Notes: generated from the sequence alone by a model not told the origin. A stretch of 64,000 bases of DNA from Candidatus Microgenomates bacterium (GCA_016204255.1 JACQLA010000005.1:4339-68338), one strand, 5' to 3'. Shown: positions 51,662-61,095, numbered from the stretch's first letter. Program-made: numbers and translations.

Positions 51662-52623
51662 TTTCTCAGATACTTTCTGACATTTTCATTATGCTCATCG
51701 AGGGTTTTAGCGTAGTGAGTTTGACCGTTAAGATCGGAAATGTAGTAAAGATAATCTGATTTGGCAGGATAAGCCACAGCTTGAATTGCAGCCAGGCCAG
51801 GATTGGAAATTGGCGCCGGCGGTAAACCAGCATTAAGATATGTATTATAAGGCGAGCTCACTTTCAGGTCATCCAGCGTTAAAGATTTTTTCCACCAGGT
51901 TTTTTCTTCTGACTGATAACCTAGCGCGTATTGGACTGTTGCATCAGTTTGAAGTGGCATTCCTTGTTTTAACCGGTTAAGTAAAATTCCTGCAACAATA
52001 GGCCGATCCGTATCGTCCCACACCTCTCTTTCTACAATCGAAGCTAAAACTATTGCTTGTTCTTCTGTCAACCCCTCTTGTCGCACGGCATCCTTCAGGT
52101 TCTGATCAAATTTTTTATTAAAATTATCAAGCATTATTTTTGTCACGGCTCCAGAAGATGCTTCTTTGGGAACAGCATAGGTATCGGGAAACATGTAGCC
52201 ACTTTTTGCTTCTTTTAAAAAGTTTGCAGAAGGTATATCAAGCTCTTTTTCCACTAAAGAGGCTATTTCTTCATTTCTCCACCCTTCAATCGTGGTTATC
52301 CAAATATCTAAAGTTCCGTGAGATAATTTCTCTAAAATTGTGGGCAAGCTCATTGAGGGTGAAAGGCGAAAAGTTCCGGCTTGAATATTTTTCTCAGCTC
52401 CTTCCTTTTTAACAAAAAGAAAAAAGGCCACTTTAGAACGAATCAGATCTTCATCTTCAAGATTGCGAGCAACTTCATTAACATTTTCCCCTTTTTTAAC
52501 AACAAAGATCTTCGCCTTTTTATCACTTGAGTTGGCGGGCTGAAGAACCTGTTGCCACCAATAAAAAACCGCCGCCAGGAGAATTATTAGTAAGAGGGGA
52601 GTTAATAAGATTCTTCTTTTCAC
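51658..52623 (-). CDS. mltG: endolytic murein transglycosylase MltG (YceG family)
   Basis: N-terminal TM helix. YceG-like blocks ASIVEREV, LQTDATVQY and SPYNTY. Confidence 0.88.
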   Translation of the reverse strand: MKRRILLTPLLLIILLAAVFYWWQQVLQPANSSDKKAKIFVVKKGENVNEVARNLEDEDLIRSKVAFFLFVKKEGAEKNIQAGTFRLSPSMSLPTILEKLSHGTLDIWITTIEGWRNEEIASLVEKELDIPSANFLKEAKSGYMFPDTYAVPKEASSGAVTKIMLDNFNKKFDQNLKDAVRQEGLTEEQAIVLASIVEREVWDDTDRPIVAGILLNRLKQGMPLQTDATVQYALGYQSEEKTWWKKSLTLDDLKVSSPYNTYLNAGLPPAPISNPGLAAIQAVAYPAKSDYLYYISDLNGQTHYAKTLDEHNENVRKYLRN

Positions 52624-52823
52624 GCTTCAACCTCGGCGATCAAAGCCCGACGGTATTTTTTTGTACTTAGATCGAGTACATAAATTCTTCCGCACTTACA
52701 AGTAATTTGGTCGTCGGCAGATGACTTTTTAGTTCCACCTCTTAAAGGAGCTCCACAACCCACACAGCGACCATTTGCCAAAAGCCATACTTGTATTGGA
52801 CTGACAACTTTTTTAAATTTCAT
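52620..52823 (-). CDS. small zinc-ribbon protein (67 aa)
   Basis: CVGCG…CKCG cysteine pairs. ATGA overlap with mltG. Confidence 0.55.
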   Translation of the reverse strand: MKFKKVVSPIQVWLLANGRCVGCGAPLRGGTKKSSADDQITCKCGRIYVLDLSTKKYRRALIAEVEA

Positions 52824-52836
52824 TCTCCTCCTTTAA

Positions 52837-54090
52837 TTATTCAACTTTATAAATTGGAAGATTTTTTAAGGTTTCTCTCGCTTCCTTAATCTTCCACTTA
52901 TCAGACGAATAAATTACGAATAGTATATCACCTTTGTCTATTTTTTCTCCAATTCTCCGGGCTAAAAAAATTCCTGCTTTTTTGTCTTCAGGGGAACCCA
53001 AAATTCTTCCGATGACGCTCAATTGCTTATTATCAACGCCCGTAACCTTGCCATGACGTGTTGCCTCCACCTCAAACTTATTTTCGGCCATTTTCAATTT
53101 TTCACTATAAAAATTTGGGTCGCCTCCCTGTTCATGGACAATCTCACGCATTTTTTCTAAAGCCTTTCCGCTTTCAAGTATTTTTAAGGCTGTTTCTTCT
53201 CCGCCCAACTCTTTGTCTTTAGATGAACCGAGACAAAGATCCAAAAGGGAACCCGCCAACTTTAAAGCCTTTTTCTCTAAGGCTTGGGGACGATCCGCCC
53301 GTTGTTCTAGAATTTTTAAAACATCTAAAGTTTCTAAAACCGGGCCGATTCCCTGACCGGCTGGTTCGCAAGTTTCGACAATCTCAACCCCAATTTTCAT
53401 TTTGAATTTTCGAGCTAAGTAGTAGAATTTCTGAGCGATGAGTTCGGCATCCTTTAAGTGGGTAGTTTTCATATTGGGGCCCACGGGAACATCAAAGATA
53501 ATATGATTGGAGCCGGAAGCGAGTTTTTTGGCCATGATGGAAATGATAATTTTATCAAAAGACTCAAATGCTAACGGTTCCTCAACCTGAATAATTACAT
53601 CATCAGCCGGCGCAATTCCTAAATGTCCACCCCAAACAATGCAACCGCCAATCTTATTGACTATTTTTTCTATCTGACGAGGAGTAAAGTTCACGGGCGC
53701 TAAAACTTCCATTGTGTCTGCGGTTCCTGAGGGAGTCGTGATTGCTCTAGAGGAAGTTTTGGGGATTTTAAAACCGGCGGCGGCGATAATCGGCACCAAA
53801 ATCATCGTTACTCGTGTTCCAACCACCCCCCCAATCGAATGTTTATCCGCCACAATTCCTCTAAAATGAAGCCTTTCTCCTGTTTCGGCCATAGCCCGGG
53901 TTAGGAAATAAAGTTCCTCATTCGAAAAACCTTTCTGGAAACCGGCGGCGGCAAAATAAGTGGTTAGAATCGGCCCAAGCTTTTGATTTGCAATTTCATC
54001 CATCAGAGCAAAAACTTCCCGATAATTTAAGCGTTTGCCGACTAGTTTCTTTTTAATGGCTTCAATCGCCAATGATCTTAATTCTTCCAT
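52837..54090 (-). CDS. pyrimidine-nucleoside / AMP phosphorylase family protein (archaeal DeoA-like)
   Basis: DKHSIGGVVGTRVTMILVPIIAAAG…KTSSRAITTPSGTADTMEVLA…GGCIVWGG…APADD. This looks closer to archaeal-type AMP phosphorylase than to bacterial thymidine phosphorylase, by eye only. Confidence 0.8.
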   Translation of the reverse strand: MEELRSLAIEAIKKKLVGKRLNYREVFALMDEIANQKLGPILTTYFAAAGFQKGFSNEELYFLTRAMAETGERLHFRGIVADKHSIGGVVGTRVTMILVPIIAAAGFKIPKTSSRAITTPSGTADTMEVLAPVNFTPRQIEKIVNKIGGCIVWGGHLGIAPADDVIIQVEEPLAFESFDKIIISIMAKKLASGSNHIIFDVPVGPNMKTTHLKDAELIAQKFYYLARKFKMKIGVEIVETCEPAGQGIGPVLETLDVLKILEQRADRPQALEKKALKLAGSLLDLCLGSSKDKELGGEETALKILESGKALEKMREIVHEQGGDPNFYSEKLKMAENKFEVEATRHGKVTGVDNKQLSVIGRILGSPEDKKAGIFLARRIGEKIDKGDILFVIYSSDKWKIKEARETLKNLPIYKVE

Positions 54091-54097
54091 AAATTTA

Positions 54098-54472
54098 CTA
54101 TTGGGCGTCTAAGAAGCTTTGAAGAATAAGGGCGGCGGCGGCGGCATCTTCCCGACGACGTTTTTTTTGCCTGACCCCGGCCTCAATCATTTTTCGCAAC
54201 GCCTCTTTAGATGTTAATGTTTCGTCCCAAAATTCAACCGGTATTTCACAAGCTTTGGTAAGTTTTTGCCCGAACTCTTTTTGTCTAATGGCCATCTTAC
54301 CTTCACTCAGACCAATAACAATTTTTCCAATTTGTTCTCTTTGGCAAATAATTTTTATTTTTTCTCCAATATTTTTTGTATTTTCTTCAATTCCTAATGG
54401 GGTGGCTAAAAATCCTGATGAGATTGCCAACCCTATTTTTCTTTCGCCATAATCAACACCTAAAATATTCAT
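54098..54472 (-). CDS. ruvX: Holliday-junction resolvase-like nuclease RuvX/YqgF
   Basis: MNILGVDYGERKIGLA… and the C-terminal DAAAAALILQSFL. Confidence 0.88.
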   Translation of the reverse strand: MNILGVDYGERKIGLAISSGFLATPLGIEENTKNIGEKIKIICQREQIGKIVIGLSEGKMAIRQKEFGQKLTKACEIPVEFWDETLTSKEALRKMIEAGVRQKKRRREDAAAAALILQSFLDAQ

Positions 54473-55164
54473 AGCTTCTTAAGTCTTGCTTTAATAATTA
54501 ATCTTTTCCAGTAAGTTCCAGGAGGAGTACAGGTTACAAGATATAAATAACTGTCATCACCCCGTTGTTGTAGGGTTGAAAATTCGTCTGGATTGATAAT
54601 TTCCTGACCGAAGATTTTATAACGATATTCTACACCATCTCGATTGACCGAAATTTCATCATTTTCTTTTAAAGTATGGATGGTGGAAAAAATAGTTTTG
54701 TAGCTTTCGGGGTCAAAAAATTGCGGAAGGACTGAATGTCCAAAAACAACCGCCGTACCATATTCTCCGGGAAGAGCCGTACCACCGTAATGGATAAGGC
54801 TCTTATCCAAATCCAAACCCCCAATTAATACTTTTGCGTTTTTGATTTTTAGTTTGGGTATCGAAAGCGTATAGGCTTCACCGGAATTAGTCGCCTCATG
54901 TAAGGGAACATCTGTAAACCAATTATTGGCGTATCTTAAATTTTTACTACTGACCAATGGTTTTGAATCCGGGGCCTTACTAACTGGCAAGGGTCGAATA
55001 ATTTCAAAATTATCAAATCTTGGAGCATAAATTAAACGCCATTCCAGAAAAGGCCAAGCCAGCCATGAAAGTAAACCCAAACCAAAAAATAGGCAAGTTA
55101 GAGCAATTATTTGAAAGATAGGAGAGTGCGTCTTCCTCTTTTTAATATAAAGATATCGCTTCAT
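54469..55164 (-). CDS. sortase family transpeptidase
   Basis: N-terminal TM helix, catalytic-type His (AVVFGHS), Cys in YLVTCTP, and a downstream conserved Arg (KRLIIKARL). Confidence 0.72.
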   Translation of the reverse strand: MKRYLYIKKRKTHSPIFQIIALTCLFFGLGLLSWLAWPFLEWRLIYAPRFDNFEIIRPLPVSKAPDSKPLVSSKNLRYANNWFTDVPLHEATNSGEAYTLSIPKLKIKNAKVLIGGLDLDKSLIHYGGTALPGEYGTAVVFGHSVLPQFFDPESYKTIFSTIHTLKENDEISVNRDGVEYRYKIFGQEIINPDEFSTLQQRGDDSYLYLVTCTPPGTYWKRLIIKARLKKL

Positions 55165-55166
55165 AA

Positions 55167-57422
55167 TTAATTGGAAGAAACTTCGATGGCGATATTTTGA
55201 GGACGGTATGGAAGAATAATGAGCCCCGCAGGTATTATTCCGGGGGTTATTTTAATATCAACATCTTTCACACCATTAATATTTTTAAGATAGTCCTTAA
55301 CGGGGGCAATTTTTTTCCCGGTAATATCCCTTTTAATTTTTTCCTGATCAACCTTTGGTGAAAGATTGGCCTCAATGATTACTTTAATTACCGCTTGCTG
55401 ATCATCCACCTTCTTAACCTCCAATATCTCCATTTTAATTTCTTCATTCCTGATCTCGTAATTTTCATTTGCCGCTTCTTGTGTATTTTTCAAAAGAATT
55501 TTCTTAAGATCATCCTTACTGTAGGCCAAACTTTTAAAATTCAGTGTTAAATCAAGATCAACATCGTTTGCCTCGTCTCCCGCTTCTTTATTAAATTTTT
55601 TCTTCACAACTTCGGAATTAACTGACGGTTCAACAATTTCTTTGTCAGAACTAATTTTTCCCCGCAAATCAGCTTTTGCTTTTTCCTCAAGTTCTTTGGT
55701 AAGCTCGCTTAAAAGTTTTTCCTGATCGCCTTTAGCAACGGTTGAAACTTTTTGGCTTGTTCCCCCGGAAAAATCATTTTCATTTTTAGCAAAATAAGAA
55801 GAAGTGGGATAATCTTTAAAAGCAAAGTTTACTCCGCCCGGCAAATTACCATCGGACCCAATATCTTTGGCGGTAACTTTGGCTTTGCTGCTGGAAAAGC
55901 TTGTTGAAAAAGCGGCGGTCGAAGCAATTGATACTTCCTCATCAAGACTAAAGGCTAAATTGCCTGAGGTCAAAACTGTTCCTTTAGAAAACTTTTTCTC
56001 GTTCTCGGTTTTATTATAGATAATCACTTCGCCTTTGGCTGGATCCCCAATTGTTTTTTGCCCCGTTGTTTGAGCCTTTTTATTACCGCTTACTTCGGCC
56101 TCAACTGTTTCCCCGGCAATTTGTCCCGAATCTTCTTTAGCACCACCTGTAGCAACGATTATTTCTGTTTCCTTTTTTAAAGATTTTTGCTCAAAAGAAA
56201 TTACTACTTTTGCCTTGACAAAATACCAATAAAAACTGCCTAAGATTCCGCCACCAATCAAACCTAAAATGGCCAGCGATAAGAAAATCAACCTGATCTC
56301 TGTAAAAAAGCCAAAATGTAAAGTGGGTAAGGAAAACTTAGGCAGAGGAATTGCGGGTATTCGAAATGAAGGTATAAAGTTAAAAGATCTTCGGGGAGCC
56401 AAACCCTCATCTTCCTCCACCAAATCCTCCTTTCTGTCCACCTTTGCCGGAAACGTCTCTTTTTCAATTAGCACTTCCTCTCCCTCTTCCTGCTGCTCAT
56501 CCATTTCCAAAACGTCTTTATCTTTGATAAAGCCCACGTTTTCTTCAACGGGCCTATCAGATTCATCTGCCAATTCTGCCTCCTCATGTTTTTGCTCTTC
56601 TTTCACCAACTGGCTTCTGGTAATCGGTCTAGCGGTGGGCTGTGACAGAAAATCGGGGCTAAAATTTGTTATCCCCATTTGGGCTCCAGAGGCGATTACT
56701 AAAGATTTAATATCTGTGTTTTTTTCCAAAATTTCGATTTTTGGCAGATGTAAAAAGGGAAGTTCTTTTGGCCAGTGGTGGGCAAGAAGATCATCTTTAA
56801 TTGTCTCTAGGTTCTTTTGGCTGTTATAGAGGATAATCCGCGAAGGCAAAACCTCAACATTGGGAATTTCCTTCAAAGCCGCTTCTATACTTTCAGCTAG
56901 GTCTTTTTCGCCATCTGGCTCAATCGATTTAATACCTTCTATCCTTCCCGCTCGCGTTAAAATCATCCGAGATTTTTTTTCGCCAAGCTCCAAAAATATA
57001 GCAGTTGGCGGAACGCCCTCAATTTGCTTAAGATAGTTAATAATCGCTTCAAAAAAGACGATAAAGCCAAGGGGTTTTAAAGAAAGTTGCTCACACAGTC
57101 TTTTTAAGTTAGGGAGATGGGGTTCGCCAATTTTATTATTACCGGCCGTCCAATCCGAAGGAATACCGAAGATAACTCTTTCAATATATTCTTGAGGAAC
57201 ATCGGCCGAGGCTCTAACTATTGCTTCATCGGCCGCCTGAATTACCTCATCCCATCCGCCGGAAACGTCTATGCTTGAAATATCAACAAGATCAATCTTC
57301 TCTTCTTTTTTTTGCCAGACAACGGCTTTTACTTCTTTCTCTTTTATCCCTAAAGCCAAGAAATAATCCGGTTTTTTATTCTGATGAGGAAAAATATTTT
57401 TAAAGAGGAAGGGCAACTTCAT
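55167..57422 (-). CDS. large membrane protein with a degenerate FtsA/PilM-like cytoplasmic N-domain, acidic linker, one TM helix and a large extracellular domain
   Basis: 751 aa. The N-terminal ~250 aa resemble an actin/PilM fold, but the phosphate motifs are degenerate (LALGIKEKEV, FLELGEKKS). The TM helix lies at about residues 385-410. The domain calls are by eye only. Confidence 0.6.
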   Translation of the reverse strand: MKLPFLFKNIFPHQNKKPDYFLALGIKEKEVKAVVWQKKEEKIDLVDISSIDVSGGWDEVIQAADEAIVRASADVPQEYIERVIFGIPSDWTAGNNKIGEPHLPNLKRLCEQLSLKPLGFIVFFEAIINYLKQIEGVPPTAIFLELGEKKSRMILTRAGRIEGIKSIEPDGEKDLAESIEAALKEIPNVEVLPSRIILYNSQKNLETIKDDLLAHHWPKELPFLHLPKIEILEKNTDIKSLVIASGAQMGITNFSPDFLSQPTARPITRSQLVKEEQKHEEAELADESDRPVEENVGFIKDKDVLEMDEQQEEGEEVLIEKETFPAKVDRKEDLVEEDEGLAPRRSFNFIPSFRIPAIPLPKFSLPTLHFGFFTEIRLIFLSLAILGLIGGGILGSFYWYFVKAKVVISFEQKSLKKETEIIVATGGAKEDSGQIAGETVEAEVSGNKKAQTTGQKTIGDPAKGEVIIYNKTENEKKFSKGTVLTSGNLAFSLDEEVSIASTAAFSTSFSSSKAKVTAKDIGSDGNLPGGVNFAFKDYPTSSYFAKNENDFSGGTSQKVSTVAKGDQEKLLSELTKELEEKAKADLRGKISSDKEIVEPSVNSEVVKKKFNKEAGDEANDVDLDLTLNFKSLAYSKDDLKKILLKNTQEAANENYEIRNEEIKMEILEVKKVDDQQAVIKVIIEANLSPKVDQEKIKRDITGKKIAPVKDYLKNINGVKDVDIKITPGIIPAGLIILPYRPQNIAIEVSSN

Positions 57423-57424
57423 TT

Positions 57425-59308
57425 TTAAGTTAAACCGGCATAGATTCTTCTTACACCGCTACCGACTGATTGCTCTCGAGTTATTTTAAATCTTCCCAAA
57501 CTTCCTGTAAAGTCAACGTGGGGACCACCGCAAACTTCCCTGGAAAAAGAACCGATAGAATAAACTTTTACCTTCTCACCATACTTCTCTCCAAAAAAAG
57601 CCAAGGCCCCAGATTCAATCGCTTCATCATAGTTCATAATTTCCATTATAACGGGAAGGTTTTCTTTAATTTCCTTGTTCACCAGTTCCTCAACTTTTTT
57701 AATCTCTTCCTCGCTTAAGGCCTGGGGGTGAGAAAAATCGAAGCGTAACCGCTCGGAAGTAATATTACTCCCTTTTTGCTGGACATGCTCTCCCAGTATT
57801 TGCCGCAATGCGGTATGCAGAAGATGGGTAGCAGTATGATATTTTGTTACGGTTTCCGATTGGTCCGCCAAACCACCTTTGAACATTCCTTTTTCAATTT
57901 TTGACGCTTCTCTATGTTTATTCAAAGCTATTTTATATCCTTCATTAAATTTAACTATGTTAATTCCCATCTCTTGGGCCGTACCAAAAATCACGGGCTC
58001 AGGCAGCCCTTTACTTTGATGGAAATAATATGAGGCTGTCCCACTTAAGGTAGGACCTGATATCGGTGCGGACGGAAAACCTAGAGAATCTTTAAGTTCA
58101 GGATATTCAACAATTAAGTCATTTTTTGTCGCTCCGCTATCAATCTCTTTAAAAATATCTTTTAGAATTTGGATGTCTTCACTTTCGCTAACACCATAGA
58201 TTTGGATTATTACATCCTGAATCTTATTATAAGCAGTATTACCTTTAAGCTCTGGGTATTGTCCCTGGTAGATTAGATTAATTTGGCTAATAATTTCATT
58301 TACTAATTTCTGTTCTAATTGTTTGTTCTCTTGTGTAATTGCATTGGTAATTAATCGCTTAGCGACAGATCCTCTACTGTCTCGCGAAATTGGTTCAACG
58401 TTTTCCGCCAATACAAATACAGCAGCTTTTAAGTGATCTGCAATTATTCTTTGTGATCTTTCAGAATAATTATTTTTAGATTTTTTTATTTCAGTAATTA
58501 TCGGTTTAAATAAATCAGTTTCATAATCACTTTTCTTTCCATTTAAAACAGCCAGTGTCCTCTCTAAACCCATTCCTGTATCAACGTTTCTTTGAGGTAA
58601 ATCCTCTAAAGTACCATCTTCTTTTCTATTAAACTGCATAAAAACATCATTCCAAATTTCCACCCATCTGGAATCTTCATTTGGTTTACCTTCCGGTTTA
58701 CCTTCACCTGTCCAATAAAACATTTCCGTATCCGGGCCACAGGGGCCACTAGGATTTTTATATTCTCCGCTATCCTGTTCTCCCCTGGCTGTTGGCCACC
58801 AGTTATGGCTTTTGCCAAAATAAAATATTCTATCTTCCGCAATCCCTAAACTTTTCCAGACTTCAGCTGACTCTTCATCTTTTGATGCAATTTCGTCTCC
58901 GGCAAAAACGGTAACAGCCAGTTTTTCTATCGGTATTTCCAGCTCCTTTGTTAAAAACTCAAAAGATAATCTGATTGCCTCTTTTTTCCAATAATCACCA
59001 ATTGACCAGTTACCCAGCATTTCAAAAAATGTGTGATGGACTTCATCCCCGACTTCTTCGATATCATCTGTCCTTAAACATTTTTGGACATCAACTAATC
59101 TTTTACTAGGCGGTTCCTTTTGTCCGGTAAGATAGGGGATTAAAGGCTGCATTCCGGCGCTGGTAAATAAAACTTTTTCCTTACCGACTAATTGCTCTTC
59201 CCCTGAAGGAACTAAAGATGCAGAAGGAATTTCCTGATGTGGTAAATCGGGATGATTTTTAAAAAAATTAATAAATTTTTGTCTTAGTTCTTGAGCTTGA
59301 ACATTCAT
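57425..59308 (-). CDS. alaS: alanine--tRNA ligase, short form lacking the C-Ala domain
   Basis: Class II catalytic core (FTSAGMQPLIPY…), editing-domain HTATHLLH motif and CGGPHV. 627 aa. Confidence 0.9.
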   Translation of the reverse strand: MNVQAQELRQKFINFFKNHPDLPHQEIPSASLVPSGEEQLVGKEKVLFTSAGMQPLIPYLTGQKEPPSKRLVDVQKCLRTDDIEEVGDEVHHTFFEMLGNWSIGDYWKKEAIRLSFEFLTKELEIPIEKLAVTVFAGDEIASKDEESAEVWKSLGIAEDRIFYFGKSHNWWPTARGEQDSGEYKNPSGPCGPDTEMFYWTGEGKPEGKPNEDSRWVEIWNDVFMQFNRKEDGTLEDLPQRNVDTGMGLERTLAVLNGKKSDYETDLFKPIITEIKKSKNNYSERSQRIIADHLKAAVFVLAENVEPISRDSRGSVAKRLITNAITQENKQLEQKLVNEIISQINLIYQGQYPELKGNTAYNKIQDVIIQIYGVSESEDIQILKDIFKEIDSGATKNDLIVEYPELKDSLGFPSAPISGPTLSGTASYYFHQSKGLPEPVIFGTAQEMGINIVKFNEGYKIALNKHREASKIEKGMFKGGLADQSETVTKYHTATHLLHTALRQILGEHVQQKGSNITSERLRFDFSHPQALSEEEIKKVEELVNKEIKENLPVIMEIMNYDEAIESGALAFFGEKYGEKVKVYSIGSFSREVCGGPHVDFTGSLGRFKITREQSVGSGVRRIYAGLT

Positions 59309-59365
59309 TTTTAATTAAATGTTTAGTGTTTTAGCCATCAATTATTGCTTTGCACGAAATTAGGC

Positions 59366-59383
59366 GCCCCGAAACTTCGGGGC
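59366..59383 (-). terminator. GC-clamped hairpin downstream of the IS ORFs and upstream of alaS
   Basis: gccccg-aaactt-cggggc. On the minus strand it is followed by a moderately U-rich stretch. Confidence 0.35.
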
Positions 59384-59435
59384 TTCACTCAAATTATACT
59401 TTAAAATCAGGGTGGTGTAAATTTAATGAAGCTAA

Positions 59436-59633
59436 TTAAGAAAGCCTGGGGATTCCGCGGCGGGGAATGTTTTTAAAAAGATGGCGTTTTATCTCGCGGC
59501 CATGTTCTTGAATTACTTTGATATGATCCAAAGAGGCTGCTTCTAGATCAAGCAGTTTCATTAACTTTTGGATCCTCTGCCGTTGATTCATAATATTGCT
59601 TAGTTTATAGCTGTTAGGTCTTCGTTTACTCAT
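59436..59633 (-). CDS. 65-aa ORF in the istB position (possibly an IstB N-terminal stub)
   Basis: ATGA overlap with the istA stop. Helical sequence IQKLMKLLDLEAASLDHIK. No AAA+ ATPase domain. Confidence 0.45.
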   Translation of the reverse strand: MSKRRPNSYKLSNIMNQRQRIQKLMKLLDLEAASLDHIKVIQEHGREIKRHLFKNIPRRGIPRLS

Positions 59634-60919
59634 ACCGCCCTCTCCCGTAAAAAACGGTCGTAGTAACTTAATGGCTTGGCGGACACCCCGTGAATAATTT
59701 TTTCATTTTCTTTCTGCTTCTTACTACTTCTTTTTACTTTAAGAGATTTTTTGTTATTTATCTTGAAATGCTCTTCTTTTTGAATCCATTTATTTCGTCC
59801 GGAAACAAGTTCATGCGTAGCAATAATTTTATTTTGAAAATAAATATCGATCTTTCCTAACCCATGATCGCTTCGTTCTTCAACGATCACTTTTTTTCTT
59901 GCAAAGTCCTCCGGTACGGAATAAGAATTACATTTATATTGAACCATCGCATATTTAGTAACGTATCGCACTGATGAAAACGAGGTTTTGTAGTGTTTAC
60001 TTGTATCTGGAAATCGCAGATGCTTTTTCTCCAGCTCGAATCGGAGGAAAGGCATCTCTCCGGTTGACCTATGAATGCGTCTGTGAACCTCTGCATCAAG
60101 CCAGTAAGATACCTTTTTATTCAGTTCTTCTAGCGAGAAGAAGTCCCTACCAAACTTCATTCCCTCCATAAAATCATTCCGGATGTTTTTTATAACAGCT
60201 TCTACTTTTCCCTTACCTCTTGGCCAATAGGGGTACGCTAACATTATCTGAAAAGCATAGTGTTTAGCAAAATCTTGAAATTCTGTATTATATATAGGCT
60301 TTAGATTGTTATTTCTGTCTCTTTTTAAAACGACAGTTTTCATATTATCGTATAAAATAACTTTCGGCGTTCCTAATTGTTCAAGTGCATGAATATGGCA
60401 ATTTAGAAAAGTTTGGAGGTTTTGTCTAACCGTGAATTCGATGTACTTCATTCTACTGTAGCCGAGGGTGTATGCAAAAGCATATAATCTTTCTGTTTTA
60501 TCCTTTATCTTAATTTTGCCAAATGATCCCCAGTCAACTTGCGCTTGTTCTCCAGGTTGTGTCTCATAACGCTTAACGAATTTTTTCTCTTTCCCTCTTT
60601 TTACGTTGGCAATCAACTTCATATATCGATATACTTCCATGTAATTCCCCTTATATCCTTCTTTTTGTAGCTCGCGATATATTTTTTTCACACGCATAAC
60701 GCCTTGACTCTTTCTTTTCTGGATAAATTGTGTGAACTCATGAAGTCTCCGAGGAATTGTAGTTAACTCTTTAACTCGATCATTGTTTTTAGAAGTTTGA
60801 GAATCCCTAATTCTGTAAATTGTCGTAAGGCTTCTATCCATATATCTTGCTATGTAAGAGATAGAATACCCATTTTTTATAAGCTCTTTTATTTTAAGAT
60901 TTTCTTGACTAGTTATCAT
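59630..60919 (-). CDS. istA: IS21-family transposase IstA
   Basis: N-terminal HTH. ETQPGEQAQVDWG, ILYDNMKT and YPYWPRGKGKVE are the DDE blocks characteristic of IstA. Confidence 0.88.
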   Translation of the reverse strand: MITSQENLKIKELIKNGYSISYIARYMDRSLTTIYRIRDSQTSKNNDRVKELTTIPRRLHEFTQFIQKRKSQGVMRVKKIYRELQKEGYKGNYMEVYRYMKLIANVKRGKEKKFVKRYETQPGEQAQVDWGSFGKIKIKDKTERLYAFAYTLGYSRMKYIEFTVRQNLQTFLNCHIHALEQLGTPKVILYDNMKTVVLKRDRNNNLKPIYNTEFQDFAKHYAFQIMLAYPYWPRGKGKVEAVIKNIRNDFMEGMKFGRDFFSLEELNKKVSYWLDAEVHRRIHRSTGEMPFLRFELEKKHLRFPDTSKHYKTSFSSVRYVTKYAMVQYKCNSYSVPEDFARKKVIVEERSDHGLGKIDIYFQNKIIATHELVSGRNKWIQKEEHFKINNKKSLKVKRSSKKQKENEKIIHGVSAKPLSYYDRFLRERAV

Positions 60920-60994
60920 AAACTAGAGGATTATATATCTCTAGCCTATAGCTGTCAATATTCGTCTCCGTGCAACAGAAAAGGATATCTATGG

Positions 60995-61095
60995 TGTAAG
61001 TTTTCAAAAAAAAGTTAAACTTTTTAGCCTCAACAAAAATGTAAAATTTGTAAAATTGAGGCTAATTTTGTTTACCAAAATTTTGAAAACTTACA
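60995..61095. repeat. nested inverted repeats plus a tandem 9-mer at the IS end
   Basis: A perfect 15-bp inverted repeat: tgtaagttttcaaaa (60995-61009) with ttttgaaaacttaca (61081-61095). An inner perfect 10-bp inverted repeat: ttagcctcaa (61024-61033) with ttgaggctaa (61056-61065). A tandem tgtaaaatt x2 at 61040-61057. Confidence 0.8.

Larger units (their letters stand above)
59416..61095 (-). mobile_element. IS21-family-like insertion sequence (istA intact, second ORF only 65 codons); boundaries tentative
   Basis: The IstA-type transposase is flanked by TGTAA(A/G)nTT motifs at 59416, 60995, 61040, 61049 and, inverted, at 61095. This resembles the multiple terminal repeats of IS21 elements. 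I found no target-site duplication. Confidence 0.6.

Noticed and set aside
56269-56829. 186-aa + strand ORF inside the 751-aa membrane-protein gene
   Set aside because: It is an antisense shadow of the acidic-linker region. The Ser/Cys-rich low-complexity translation has no start context.
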